A stretch of 64,000 nt of DNA from Flavobacterium sp. (GCF_050696275.1 NZ_JBOGUT010000012.1:8186-72185); one strand, 5' to 3'. Shown: positions 45,131 to 55,553, counted from the stretch's first letter. Notes: a model not told the origin generated them from the sequence alone. Numbers and translations are program-made.

Positions 45131-45950
45131 GTGGCTTGGTTTCTGCTTCTAATTTATTGATTTCGTCACTTTCCTTATTCGTAATGATATAAACATGATT
45201 CAAATTTGTCATATCATTGAATAAACGAATATCTAACGTAAAATAATTTGTTTCCGTATCGGTATAAATTTTATCGATTATTCCAATTGGAATATTTTCA
45301 GGGAAAATTGTTGATCGTCCTCCGGTTACAATTGTGTCTCCTTTTTTAACTGTAGCTAAACGGGGAATCTCTGTCAATTGCACGTATCCTGCATTTTTTG
45401 CATTCCAAGTTAAAGAACCAAAATGATTAGATCTTTTTACTTTGGCATTAATTTTCGATTTAATATTCAGAACACTTAAAATTGTGGAATATTTTGGCGA
45501 AGTTTTTTCAATTATTCCTACGATTCCCTGGCTGTTTACAACCCCCATGTCTGGTTTTACTCCTTGAAGAGAACCACTGTTTATTGTTAGGTAATTTTCG
45601 GAAGTATTGTATGTGTTATTGATTACTTTCGTCTGAATAACATTTATCTTGTCATAGCCTTTTAGACTGTCTTTTTCAAGCATGGATGTACTGTCTTTCT
45701 TATTGAAAAGAATTTTTCTCAAACGGGCATTCTCTTGTGCTAATTTGTCGTTTTGTTCCTTTAAACTAAAATAGGTTTTTACTTCATTAACCTTTTCGTA
45801 CACTGATCCTGTTACTACGTTAGCCGAATTTACTACCTGGCTTCTATGGTAAGAATGGGACTGGATTGTCAGTACTAATGAGGTTGTCAAAAGCAGCAAA
45901 AACAGTAAACGAGTACTGTTTTTAAATATAAAATTAAATATTTGCTGCAT
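45123..45950 (-). CDS. mreC: Rod shape-determining protein MreC
   Basis: N-terminal anchor, coiled-coil (LKEQNDKLAQENARLRK) and MreC beta-domain motifs (GIVGII, VTGG). Confidence 0.85.
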   Translation of the reverse strand: MQQIFNFIFKNSTRLLFLLLLTTSLVLTIQSHSYHRSQVVNSANVVTGSVYEKVNEVKTYFSLKEQNDKLAQENARLRKILFNKKDSTSMLEKDSLKGYDKINVIQTKVINNTYNTSENYLTINSGSLQGVKPDMGVVNSQGIVGIIEKTSPKYSTILSVLNIKSKINAKVKRSNHFGSLTWNAKNAGYVQLTEIPRLATVKKGDTIVTGGRSTIFPENIPIGIIDKIYTDTETNYFTLDIRLFNDMTNLNHVYIITNKESDEINKLEAETKPHE

Positions 45951-45961
45951 TTATTTACTTA

Positions 45962-46990
45962 TTATTTGATAAGGATACTTCTGTATTTTGTAAGGTTTTT
46001 TAATGCCATTCCTGTTCCGCGAACGACAGCTCTTAGTGGATCTTCTGCAATAAAAACAGGTAAATCTGTTTTTAAGGAAATACGCTTGTCTAAGCCGCGC
46101 AGCATGGAACCTCCGCCTGCAAGATAAATTCCTGTATTGTAAATATCGGCTGCTAATTCCGGTGGTGTTTGAGATAGGGTTTCCATAATTGCATCTTCGA
46201 TACGCTGAATAGATTTGTCCAATGCTTTGGCAATCTCTCTTGAGGAAACTTCAACCTGTTTCGGTTTACCCGTAAGCAAGTCACGTCCCTGAACAGACAT
46301 GTCTTCCGGAGGTGAATCCAGATCTTCTATGGCTGCACCAATTTCGATTTTTATTTTTTCAGCGGTTGTTTCACCCACAAATAAATTGTGTTGTGTTCGC
46401 ATGTAATAAATGATATCGTTCGTAAAAACGTCTCCTGCAATTTTAACTGATTTGTCACAAACAATTCCGCCTAAGGCAATTACTGCAATTTCAGTAGTTC
46501 CACCACCAATATCTACAATCATGTTTCCTTTAGGTTGCATGATGTCAATGCCGATACCTATTGATGCAGCCATTGGCTCATGAATAAGATAAACTTCTTT
46601 ACCGTTTACACGCTCTGCAGATTCTTTTACCGCACGCATCTCTACTTCAGTAATACCGGAAGGGATGCAGATAACCATTCTTAATGCAGGTGTGAATAAA
46701 CGTTTTTGTAAAGCAGGAATGCTTCTGATAAGCATTTTTATCATTTGCTCAGAAGCGTCGAAATCTGCAATTACTCCGTCTTTTAGCGGGCGTATGGTCT
46801 TTATGTTTTCATGCGTCTTCCCTTGCATCAGATTGGCTTCTTTACCAACAGCGATAATTTTGCCTGTTATTCGGTCTCGAGCGACAATAGATGGACTGTC
46901 AATCACAACTTTATCATTGTGAATAATCAGAGTGTTTGCGGTACCAAGGTCAATTGCTATGTCCTCAGTCATGAAATCAAAAAATCCCAT
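45962..46990 (-). CDS. mreB: Rod shape-determining protein MreB
   Basis: MGFFDFMTEDIAIDLGTANTLI, DIGGGTTE and LAGGGSMLRGL actin-fold motifs. ATG 46990 is preferred over the TTG at 46996 used in the ORF track. Confidence 0.95.
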   Translation of the reverse strand: MGFFDFMTEDIAIDLGTANTLIIHNDKVVIDSPSIVARDRITGKIIAVGKEANLMQGKTHENIKTIRPLKDGVIADFDASEQMIKMLIRSIPALQKRLFTPALRMVICIPSGITEVEMRAVKESAERVNGKEVYLIHEPMAASIGIGIDIMQPKGNMIVDIGGGTTEIAVIALGGIVCDKSVKIAGDVFTNDIIYYMRTQHNLFVGETTAEKIKIEIGAAIEDLDSPPEDMSVQGRDLLTGKPKQVEVSSREIAKALDKSIQRIEDAIMETLSQTPPELAADIYNTGIYLAGGGSMLRGLDKRISLKTDLPVFIAEDPLRAVVRGTGMALKNLTKYRSILIK

Positions 46991-47043
46991 ACTCAATCGG
47001 GGTTATGTTCGTTTATACTAAATTTTCTACAAAAGTAATAAAA

Positions 47044-48576
47044 TTAATGTTTGAAATGACGAATTCCTGTAAATACCATTGCAACATTATTTTCATTGCA
47101 ATAATTAATACTCAACTCGTCTTTTATTGATCCGCCAGGTTGAATTACAGCCGTAATTCCAGCCTTCTTCGCGATTTCAACACAGTCCGGAAAAGGGAAA
47201 AACGCATCGCTTGCCATTACAGCTCCGGTTAGATCAAATTCAAAAGAAACCGCTTTGTGGATTGCTTGGTTTAAAGCGTCCACTCTTGAGGTTTGTCCGG
47301 TTCCTGAAGCACACAATTGTCTGTTTTTTGCCAAAACGATTGTGTTCGATTTTGTATGCTTGCAAATTTTAGACGCAAACAGCAAATCTTCAATTTCTTC
47401 TTGTGTTGGAGAAGTTTTAGTTGCCGTTTTTAAATCTGATTTGCTGTCAGTAATTAAATCTTTATCCTGTACTAAAATACCGTTTAGACATGTTCTAACG
47501 GAAGTTTTCGGCAGAACCGCTTCTTTTTGAACCAATATGATTCTATTCTTTTTTTCTTCTAATAAATCTACAGCGTGATCATCAAAGCTTGGTGCAATGA
47601 CCACTTCGCAGAACAGTTTGTTAATTTCTTCGGCCGTAGCCAAATCTATATTTCCATTTGCAATTAAAACACCACCAAATGCTGATGTCGGATCTCCTGC
47701 TAAAGCATCAAGATACGCTTCTTTCATCGTTTTTCTTGTGGCAATACCGCAAGCATTGTTGTGTTTTAGAATAGCAAATGTTGGTTTGTCATTTTTAAAT
47801 TCACCCATCAGATTTACAGCGGCATCTACATCAAGCAGGTTGTTGTAAGATAATTCTTTTCCGTGTAATTTGGTAAACATTGTATCAAATTCTCCAAAGA
47901 AGAACCCTTTCTGATGAGGGTTCTCTCCATAACGCAAAACAGCACCTTTTATTTCACTGATTTTCAAAACAGTTTCTTCGTGATTTTTGTTGAAGTAATT
48001 GAAAATCGCCGAATCATAGTGAGATGAAACGTTGAAAGCCTTGGCAGCAAATGTTTTTCTTTCTTCTAAAGTAGTTGCTCCGTTGTTATTTGTAATGCAG
48101 TCTAAAAACAAAGCATACTCATTTACCGAAGGAATAATTACGGTATCCTTGAAGTTTTTTGCAGCTGCGCGTATTAATGAAATACCGCCAATGTCAATTT
48201 TTTCGATAATATCTGAATCGCTTGCGCCAGAGGCTACTGTTTTTTCAAACGGATACAAATCCACAATGACTACATCAATTTGAGGGATGTCGAACTCCTT
48301 CATCTGTTGTACGTCGGTTTCATTGTCCTGACGGTTTAGAATTCCTCCAAAAACTTTTGGATGCAATGTTTTTACTCTTCCACCAAGAATCGACGGATAA
48401 GAAGTTACATCTTCTACAGGGACAACAGGAATTCCTAGATTCTTAATAAAATCCTCAGTTCCGCCAGTAGAATAAATAGTGACTTTTTGCTCGTGTAGTT
48501 TCTGTACAATTGGTTCAAGACCCGTTTTATCAAACACTGAAATTAGTGCCGACTTAATAGTTTTTGTAGTATTCAT
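47044..48576 (-). CDS. purH: Bifunctional AICAR transformylase / IMP cyclohydrolase
   Basis: KSALISVFDKTGL, RVKTLHP, ILKHNNACGIA and the C-terminal ...FTGIRHFKH end typical of PurH. Confidence 0.95.
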   Translation of the reverse strand: MNTTKTIKSALISVFDKTGLEPIVQKLHEQKVTIYSTGGTEDFIKNLGIPVVPVEDVTSYPSILGGRVKTLHPKVFGGILNRQDNETDVQQMKEFDIPQIDVVIVDLYPFEKTVASGASDSDIIEKIDIGGISLIRAAAKNFKDTVIIPSVNEYALFLDCITNNNGATTLEERKTFAAKAFNVSSHYDSAIFNYFNKNHEETVLKISEIKGAVLRYGENPHQKGFFFGEFDTMFTKLHGKELSYNNLLDVDAAVNLMGEFKNDKPTFAILKHNNACGIATRKTMKEAYLDALAGDPTSAFGGVLIANGNIDLATAEEINKLFCEVVIAPSFDDHAVDLLEEKKNRIILVQKEAVLPKTSVRTCLNGILVQDKDLITDSKSDLKTATKTSPTQEEIEDLLFASKICKHTKSNTIVLAKNRQLCASGTGQTSRVDALNQAIHKAVSFEFDLTGAVMASDAFFPFPDCVEIAKKAGITAVIQPGGSIKDELSINYCNENNVAMVFTGIRHFKH

Positions 48577-48598
48577 TGTGTTGTTGAAGTTTGTACTG

Positions 48599-48606
48599 CA
48601 AAAGTA
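48599..48606 (-). promoter_or_regulatory. Bacteroidota -7 promoter box for purH(-mreBCD-mrdA-rodA)
   Basis: The minus strand reads TACTTTTG (TAnnTTTG), 22 nt upstream of ATG 48576. Confidence 0.5.
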
Positions 48607-48737
48607 GTTTTTTTGTAATTAATTTTGAGGTTGGATTGTAACAAAAATTTCATTTTTACTACTAATTTTTAAATCAATATCCTGTTGGCTTTTTTTAGCC
48701 TGAAAAAGGGCTATTTTATTCAACAAACTTCCTCTTT

Positions 48738-49994
48738 ATGATTGTATATGTCCGATTACTGAAAGAAAGCTTCAGTTTTGCTATGAATGCATTGCGAAAC
48801 AATAAGTTACGTACATTGCTGTCTCTTTTAGGAGTTACAATTGGTATCTTCTCAATTATTGCTGTGTTGGCTGCTGTTGATTCTTTGGACAGAAAAATAA
48901 AAAAGGACATTGGCAGCTTAGATAACAGCTCCGTTTTTGTGTTTAAATATTGTTTTGGGCCTACAGATATTCCGGATTGGAAAATAGAACAGTTTCCGGA
49001 TGTTACTTACGACGAATATAAATTGCTTAAAAACGAATTGACTGACGTGCAAAGTGTTTGTTTTCAGTTTTTTGCCGGAAGGGAAAATGTGAAATACGAA
49101 GCCAAAACGATAAGTTCGATAGTGGTTATTCCGTGTACCTATGAATTTTCAGATATTGAAAAATTAAATTTTAAGGAAGGTCGTTTCTTTAGCGAACAGG
49201 AATCCAATTCTGGTGCCAATACTGTTGTCATCGGGTATGAAATTGCTAAATCTTTGTTTGATGGGCTTTCTCCTATAGGAAAAGACGTAAGGTTATATGG
49301 TCAAAAATTCAGAGTAGTGGGAGTTTTGAAGAAAGTAGGGGACAGGATGGTTAGTTTTGGTTCTAACCCGGATACTACAATTTATCCTACGGCAAATAGA
49401 ATTCGTAGCCTGTTTGGTGATAACGCGTCAAAATTTACGCCCATCGTTATAATTAAGCCGGATAAAAGTATTGATGACGAAACGCTAAAAGCTCAAATCA
49501 CTCAAAAAATGCGAAACTACAGAGGGATTAAAACGGGGCAAAATGACAATTTTTTCATCAACTTTCTTAAAGGTGCTACTGAAATGATTGATCAGACCAT
49601 TAGTCTTATGAATACGATTGGTTGGATTATTGCCGGTTTCTCTCTCTTAGTAGGTGGTTTCGGGATTGCTAATATCATGTTTGTATCCGTAAAAGAACGT
49701 ACAAATTTAATAGGAATTCAAAAGTCATTAGGTGCTAAAAATAAATTCATCTTGCTTCAGTTTTTGTTCGAAGCTATTATTCTGTCTGTTTTTGGAGGAA
49801 TTATCGGAATCTTTTTGGTTTGGATTATTGCGTTTGTTTTAAGCAATGCGCTTGACTTTGAGTTTGTGCTGAGTTTCTGGAATATTCTTTTAGGTGCAGG
49901 TTTGGCAGCTTTTATCGGATTGATTTCCGGAATACTTCCGGCAATTTCCGCTTCAAGACTGGATCCTGTGGAAGCGATACGCAGTGGGATGTAG
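48738..49994 (+). CDS. ABC transporter permease, MacB/FtsX family
   Basis: N-terminal TM (RTLLSLLGVTIGIFSIIAVLA), a MacB-like periplasmic domain and a C-terminal FtsX domain with VKERTNLIGIQKSLGAKN. Confidence 0.85.
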   Translation: MIVYVRLLKESFSFAMNALRNNKLRTLLSLLGVTIGIFSIIAVLAAVDSLDRKIKKDIGSLDNSSVFVFKYCFGPTDIPDWKIEQFPDVTYDEYKLLKNELTDVQSVCFQFFAGRENVKYEAKTISSIVVIPCTYEFSDIEKLNFKEGRFFSEQESNSGANTVVIGYEIAKSLFDGLSPIGKDVRLYGQKFRVVGVLKKVGDRMVSFGSNPDTTIYPTANRIRSLFGDNASKFTPIVIIKPDKSIDDETLKAQITQKMRNYRGIKTGQNDNFFINFLKGATEMIDQTISLMNTIGWIIAGFSLLVGGFGIANIMFVSVKERTNLIGIQKSLGAKNKFILLQFLFEAIILSVFGGIIGIFLVWIIAFVLSNALDFEFVLSFWNILLGAGLAAFIGLISGILPAISASRLDPVEAIRSGM

Positions 49995-50030
49995 ATTTCT
50001 CTCTTTAGAAGAGTTTAAAAAGTAAATATA

Positions 50031-50065
50031 AAAAAAACCCGTTCTATAACAGAACGGGTTTTTTT
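50031..50065. terminator. Bidirectional rho-independent terminator
   Basis: A7, stem ACCCGTTCT/AGAACGGGT with a 5-nt loop, then T7. Lies between the convergent permease (+) and accD (-) genes. Confidence 0.8.
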
Positions 50066-50066
50066 A

Positions 50067-50921
50067 TTATCGTATTTCCTGATTCAAAATCAAATCTAAG
50101 TATAAATTTATTTTGTCTTTCAATTCCTTACGGGGGGTTATAAAATCTAAGAAGCCATGCTCTAGTAAAAATTCTGAAGTTTGGAAACCTTCCGGTAAAT
50201 CTTTACCGGTAGTATCTTTTACAACACGCGGTCCTGCAAAACCAATCAAGGCTCCTGGTTCAGCAATGTTGATATCTCCTAACATCGCGTATGAAGCAGT
50301 AGTTCCTCCGGTTGTCGGATCTGTACATAAAGAGATGTAAGGGATTTGGGCTTCCGCCAATTGGGCTAATTTCGCCGATGTTTTAGCTAATTGCATCAAC
50401 GAATAAGCCGCTTCCATCATACGTGCTCCACCTGATTTCGAAATCATCACAAATGGAATGTTGTTTTTAATGGAATGGTCAATACCACGTGCGATTTTTT
50501 CACCTACAACAGCTCCCATAGAACCGCCAATAAAGGCAAAATCCATACAACATACAACTAAGTCTTTTCCTTTCGATTTTCCCACACCAGTACGAACAGC
50601 ATCTTTTAATTTGGTTTTGCTGATGGCGTCTACCAAACGGTCTGAATATTTTTTGGTGTCCACAAATCCAAGAGGATCTTTTGCGGTCATATTTTCGTCA
50701 AGTTCTACAAACTCGTTGTTGTCAAATAATATCTGGAAATATTCGGCACTTCCAATACGAACGTGAAAATCATCTTCCGGACTTACCCAAAGATTTCTTG
50801 CTAATTCTTCAGCATCTACAATTTTACCTGTTGGAGATTTGTACCAAAGTCCTTTTGGAACATCCATTTTATCTTCAGTTGCAGTAGTAATTCCTTTTTC
50901 TTTTCTTTTAAACCAGCTCAT
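50067..50921 (-). CDS. accD: Acetyl-CoA carboxylase carboxyltransferase subunit beta
   Basis: MSWFKRK... N-terminus, with FIGGSMG and SGGARMMEA motifs. The N-terminal Zn-ribbon cysteines are absent (see findings). Confidence 0.9.
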   Translation of the reverse strand: MSWFKRKEKGITTATEDKMDVPKGLWYKSPTGKIVDAEELARNLWVSPEDDFHVRIGSAEYFQILFDNNEFVELDENMTAKDPLGFVDTKKYSDRLVDAISKTKLKDAVRTGVGKSKGKDLVVCCMDFAFIGGSMGAVVGEKIARGIDHSIKNNIPFVMISKSGGARMMEAAYSLMQLAKTSAKLAQLAEAQIPYISLCTDPTTGGTTASYAMLGDINIAEPGALIGFAGPRVVKDTTGKDLPEGFQTSEFLLEHGFLDFITPRKELKDKINLYLDLILNQEIR

Positions 50922-50995
50922 AATTTCTATTTTAAGAATTAGAAATCGGGAATCAGGAAGTAATTAAAATCCTAAACCCAAATCCTTCAATCGTA

Positions 50996-52063
50996 TTATA
51001 ATGTATTTACGTTATTTAAATCAGCAAACGCTTGCTCTAATCTTTTGATGAATGTTAACTCACCCTCACGAGTCCATTTTCTTGGATCGTAATATTTCTT
51101 ATTTGGAGAATCGTCACCCTCAGGGTTTCCAATCTGAGTTCTTAAATACGCTATGTTTTTGACTATATAATTACGAATTCCTTCTGTGAAAGCAAATTGT
51201 AAATCAGTATCAATGTTCATTTTAATTACTCCGTAACCAATCGCTTCTCTGATTTCTTCCAATGTAGAACCGGATCCGCCATGGAAAACAAAGTCTACAG
51301 GATTATGACCTGTTTTAAATTTCTTTTGAACGTAATCCTGTGAGTTTTTTAAAATTTTTGGAGTTAATTTTACATTTCCTGGTTTGTAAACTCCATGGAC
51401 ATTTCCAAAAGCAGCAGCAATTGTAAAACGAGGACTGATTTTCATCAATTCTTCATAAGCATATGCAACTTCTTCAGGTTGTGTGTATAATTTTGAGCTG
51501 TCAACGTCAGTATTGTCAACACCATCCTCTTCGCCGCCTGTAATTCCTAATTCGATTTCAAGTGTCATTCCCATTTTGCTCATACGGGCCAAATAGTGTT
51601 TACATATGTCGATGTTATCTTCAATTGATTCTTCAGACAAATCAATCATGTGAGAAGAATATAATGGTTTTCCGGTTTTTGCAAAGTGTTTTTCAGAGGC
51701 ATCAAGTAATCCGTCAATCCAAGGCAATAATTTTTTGGCACAATGATCAGTATGTAAAATAACAGTAGCTCCGTAAGCTTCTGCTAACGTATGGATGTGT
51801 ATTGCTCCGGCAACAGCTCCTAAAATAGCTGATCGCTCACCTTCGTTAGATAATCCTTTCCCGGCATTGTATTGTGCTCCTCCATTAGAAAACTGAATAA
51901 TTACAGGCGCATTTAACTTTGCTGCGGTTTCTAAAACTCCATTTACAGTACTTGAACCTACAACGTTTACCGCCGGAAGTGCAAATCCTTTTTGTTTTGC
52001 ATAGTTAAAAATTTCCTGAACTTGATCTCCAGTTGCAACGCCTGGTTTTATGTTGTGTGCCAT
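50996..52063 (-). CDS. fbaA: Class II fructose-bisphosphate aldolase
   Basis: ALPAVNVVGSS, ILHTDHC, HMIDLSEE and FHGGSGS motifs. 355 aa. Confidence 0.95.
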   Translation of the reverse strand: MAHNIKPGVATGDQVQEIFNYAKQKGFALPAVNVVGSSTVNGVLETAAKLNAPVIIQFSNGGAQYNAGKGLSNEGERSAILGAVAGAIHIHTLAEAYGATVILHTDHCAKKLLPWIDGLLDASEKHFAKTGKPLYSSHMIDLSEESIEDNIDICKHYLARMSKMGMTLEIELGITGGEEDGVDNTDVDSSKLYTQPEEVAYAYEELMKISPRFTIAAAFGNVHGVYKPGNVKLTPKILKNSQDYVQKKFKTGHNPVDFVFHGGSGSTLEEIREAIGYGVIKMNIDTDLQFAFTEGIRNYIVKNIAYLRTQIGNPEGDDSPNKKYYDPRKWTREGELTFIKRLEQAFADLNNVNTL

Positions 52064-52084
52064 TTGTTTAAAAAATTAGATTGA

Positions 52085-52100
52085 CAAAATTACAAATTTA
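52085..52100 (-). promoter_or_regulatory. Two tandem -7 promoter boxes for fbaA
   Basis: The minus strand reads TAAATTTG immediately followed by TAATTTTG. The proximal box ends 21 nt upstream of ATG 52063. Confidence 0.5.
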
Positions 52101-52103
52101 CTT

Positions 52104-54650
52104 TTAGAACGGATAGTTAATACCAATATTTAGCACAGATTTACTAAAAATTAATTCTTTAAACCATCGCTCATTTTCCGGTTTAGCAGGATTGTAGGTT
52201 TTAAAACCAAAGTCCAGCCTGGCTACAAAGAATTTAAAGTCATACCGAAATCCTATTCCTGTGCCTAATGCTAAATCTTTTAAGGAAGCAAATCCGGAGA
52301 ATATTTTGGATTCATCAGTTTCATTATCCAGTACATTCCATATGTTTCCACAATCAGCAAAAAGAGCTCCATAAAAACTGCCGAAGTATCGGTATCTGAA
52401 TTCAGCATTCAATCCGATTTTCATATTAGCTTCGTTAAAATCATTCAATCCGCCTGAGCGACCAGGGCCTAAACTATAAGATTGCCAGGCTCTGTTATCG
52501 TTCGAGCCTCCGGCAAAATAACTTCTCGAAAATGGAATCGATTTCGAATTTCCATAAGGAATCGCTATGCCGAAGAAACTTCTGACAGCAAAAATATTGT
52601 AATTGCCCAAATCCCAATGTTTGATATAGTCGAATTCGGTTTTGATATATTGTGAATACTGTAATCCGAATACTGTTTTCGTTCCATCGTCACTTCTCGG
52701 TTGGTTAGAGAGATTGGCGGCAAGGGAAAGTACATTTCCGGCTGATTCGATTTTAGCTCTGATACTATAAAATTCCTTGTCAAAAAAATCAGTTTTGCTG
52801 TCTTTTGAATAACTAAAGTTAGAAGCAAAAATCAAATTGTTTTCGGTAAGTCTGTCTTTTCGCTCCTTGATGCTTTTTATGTTTCTGAAATCGCTGCCTG
52901 ACGGATCCAAGAGTGGGAATTGGTTATCCAAAGCACTTTCAAGGAATGAATCTGCGCCTCCTTCTTCAATGGTAAGGTTGCCAAACTGATCCACATTGTC
53001 GGGATTTGTGTTGTATGTTGCTGCAAAGTCATTCAGCTTGTTATAAGAAGAACGATAAACATTGAAATAATTTTTGGTATTGATGTTTTTTACATACTGT
53101 ATGTTGACTAAATCAAACCGCGCACTGGTATTTTTGTTCGGGATCCAGTTGTAATTTATAATCGTGGTAAAATTTTCTTTATCTAAACCTATGTTTCTCT
53201 GCTTGGCAAAACCAACACTGAGCAGACTATTTGGAAACATTGTTTTAGGTACAATTTTTTCTGTGCCAAACGGAAGGAATAATCGTGGAAAACTCAATCG
53301 CATATCAGCTCCTATTTCTGAAATATTAAAAAACTGATTGTCAGGATTGGCTAAATCTTTGGAAGAACCGATGTTTCCGCGAAGTCCGAGTTCTAGTATT
53401 TCGGCTCCCCTAAAAAGATTCCTAATGGACACCGATGTGCTGCCTGATACACCGAAATCCTGTATGTTGGAATGGGTAAAATCGGCATTGGCCTTAAAGC
53501 TGAATTTCTCTTTGGATACTAAATAGATGTTAGCTTTTAATGTTTTGGCAACAGTGTCTTCAACATAATAAATGTTCGGATAATTGAAGATTCTTAAATT
53601 ATTCAGCGAACGCAGAGTCAGTGCTCTTTTGGAATCACTGTATACACTGTCTTTATAAATGAAAACAGCATTGGCTATGGCTTTTGGCCTGTATCGCAAT
53701 TTGTCTGAACTGTAAATATTAAAATTCTTGTATTTGGCACTGTCAGCAACTTTTACCTTGTTTTTGGATATGGAATCACTGGTAAAGATATTCACCTCAC
53801 TGATTCTGTAAATATCGTATGGTTTTGTCGTTGTGCTGTCTCCGTCTCTTGCAACCTGATTTGTGATGTTGATCTTAACCGGTGATTTTTTTGAAGTGGT
53901 GTCAATATCAAAGTAGATACTTTGCTGCTGAAAATAATAAATCCCATGATTCCTGAAATAGGTGGTGATTCTGTTACGCTCCGCATCAAAATTTTCAACT
54001 TTGTATTGTTGACCTTGTTTAATTATGGATCTGCGTCTTGAGCGCAAATACAGCGAATCCAATGCCGGTGTTTCTATTTCATGCGAAATGGAGTCTAAAA
54101 AAGTTGGTTCACCAGTTGTAAGCTTGTAAATAATATTGCCTCGCTTGTTTTCTTCATAGTTGATGTCAAAAGTGGTTTTCGCATCAAAATAACCCTGATT
54201 GAAATAAAAAGCTTTCAGACGTTTAATTGACCGTCTCGTTTTTGATGTGTCAATAATAACAGGTGGTTCACCGGTTTTTCTTAAAAAATTATGCCAGCCG
54301 GAATACCAGAAAGATTTTCCAAGACGGTCCACTTGCTTCTTAGAAAGCCATTTTATTTTTCGTTTGTATTTTTCGGGATTGGCCGTGTATTTTGCCCTGA
54401 ATATTGAATCGGTATTGTTCTTAGCCAGATTGTACATATTCAAACGGAGCTTGTATCCTAATATAGAGGTGTTTGGCTGTTGTATGATCTGAGCTAGTAC
54501 ATCTTCCTGCGAATTTTTTTTATCGTTTATAAAAATTTCATTTTTTGTTAAAAGATATTTGCTGTCAGGAACTTTCTTAACAACATTACACGCTGAAATA
54601 AGTGTAGCTATTAGAATAAATAATGATATTTTTGCAGTACTATTGTTCAA
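52104..54650 (-). CDS. Lipidated TamA-like Omp85-family outer-membrane protein (TamL-type)
   Basis: Lipobox ATLISAC after a TTG start. 848 aa. C-terminal Omp85 barrel with the ...NIGINYPF terminus. Confidence 0.75.
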   Translation of the reverse strand: MNNSTAKISLFILIATLISACNVVKKVPDSKYLLTKNEIFINDKKNSQEDVLAQIIQQPNTSILGYKLRLNMYNLAKNNTDSIFRAKYTANPEKYKRKIKWLSKKQVDRLGKSFWYSGWHNFLRKTGEPPVIIDTSKTRRSIKRLKAFYFNQGYFDAKTTFDINYEENKRGNIIYKLTTGEPTFLDSISHEIETPALDSLYLRSRRRSIIKQGQQYKVENFDAERNRITTYFRNHGIYYFQQQSIYFDIDTTSKKSPVKINITNQVARDGDSTTTKPYDIYRISEVNIFTSDSISKNKVKVADSAKYKNFNIYSSDKLRYRPKAIANAVFIYKDSVYSDSKRALTLRSLNNLRIFNYPNIYYVEDTVAKTLKANIYLVSKEKFSFKANADFTHSNIQDFGVSGSTSVSIRNLFRGAEILELGLRGNIGSSKDLANPDNQFFNISEIGADMRLSFPRLFLPFGTEKIVPKTMFPNSLLSVGFAKQRNIGLDKENFTTIINYNWIPNKNTSARFDLVNIQYVKNINTKNYFNVYRSSYNKLNDFAATYNTNPDNVDQFGNLTIEEGGADSFLESALDNQFPLLDPSGSDFRNIKSIKERKDRLTENNLIFASNFSYSKDSKTDFFDKEFYSIRAKIESAGNVLSLAANLSNQPRSDDGTKTVFGLQYSQYIKTEFDYIKHWDLGNYNIFAVRSFFGIAIPYGNSKSIPFSRSYFAGGSNDNRAWQSYSLGPGRSGGLNDFNEANMKIGLNAEFRYRYFGSFYGALFADCGNIWNVLDNETDESKIFSGFASLKDLALGTGIGFRYDFKFFVARLDFGFKTYNPAKPENERWFKELIFSKSVLNIGINYPF

Positions 54651-54669
54651 ACTATTCGGAAATTTATTT

Positions 54670-54677
54670 CAAAAATA
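54670..54677 (-). promoter_or_regulatory. Bacteroidota -7 promoter box for the TamL-type gene
   Basis: The minus strand reads TATTTTTG (TAnnTTTG), 19 nt upstream of the TTG start at 54650. Confidence 0.45.
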
Positions 54678-54686
54678 CACTTTTTT

Positions 54687-55415
54687 ATGGTTAGTAAAAA
54701 CCAAATAAAACTTATAACGGGTTTAGTTCAGAAAAAATACAGAAAGCAGCATCAATTATTTTTTGCCGAAGGGGTAAAAGTGATTGAGGAATTGCTGCAG
54801 TCTAATTTTGAATTAGAGCAAGTATTTCACACGAAACCTATGTTTCAGAATGTTGCTGAATTTAAAAAAGTATTGATTTCTGATTCGGAATTGAAAAAAA
54901 TAAGTGCCCTGACCACGCCAAATGATTGTCTGGCAGTCTTTAGGATTCCACAAGAAAAATCAATTCAGAATAAGGGGCTGATTCTCGCACTTGATGATAT
55001 TCGCGATCCTGGAAATTTGGGAACGATTATCCGTTTGTGTGACTGGTTTGGTATTAATCAAATAATCTGTTCTGAACAAACGGTTGATATTTACAACCCG
55101 AAAGTTGTTCAGGCAACGATGGGGTCTATTGCGAGGGTTAACATCAGTTATCTCAACCTGGAAAGTTATCTGTCTGCGACGAAAATGCCGGTTTTCGGGA
55201 CTTTTATGGAAGGAGAGAATATTTATAAAAGTCAGTTGTCACAGGATGGAATAATCGTTTTTGGGAATGAAGCTAACGGTATTTCTAAAGAAATCGAAGA
55301 TAAAGTGACTCAAAAAATAACGATTCCGCGTTTTGGAAATCTGCAACTAACCGAAAGTTTAAATGTAGCCACAGCAACGGCTGTTGTGCTGAGCGAGTTC
55401 AGAAGGAATTCATAA
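54687..55415 (+). CDS. TrmH/SpoU-family RNA 2'-O-methyltransferase
   Basis: SpoU motifs LDDIRDPGNLGTIIR, VFGNEANGIS and ESLNVATATAV. Confidence 0.85.
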   Translation: MVSKNQIKLITGLVQKKYRKQHQLFFAEGVKVIEELLQSNFELEQVFHTKPMFQNVAEFKKVLISDSELKKISALTTPNDCLAVFRIPQEKSIQNKGLILALDDIRDPGNLGTIIRLCDWFGINQIICSEQTVDIYNPKVVQATMGSIARVNISYLNLESYLSATKMPVFGTFMEGENIYKSQLSQDGIIVFGNEANGISKEIEDKVTQKITIPRFGNLQLTESLNVATATAVVLSEFRRNS

Positions 55416-55476
55416 TCAAAAAGAACAGAAGATATCGAGTGTTTTCTTAAAAGAAAGATTAAAATATACAATGAAT

Positions 55477-55509
55477 AAAAAAGCAGCTTGTAAATCAAGC
55501 TGCTTTTTT
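55477..55509. terminator. Bidirectional rho-independent terminator
   Basis: A6, stem GCAGCTTG/CAAGCTGC with a 5-nt loop, then T6. Lies between convergent genes. Confidence 0.8.
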
Positions 55510-55553
55510 ATGTGTATACTTCTGTGAAATAAAAAGTCGTAATTCAAGAACAA

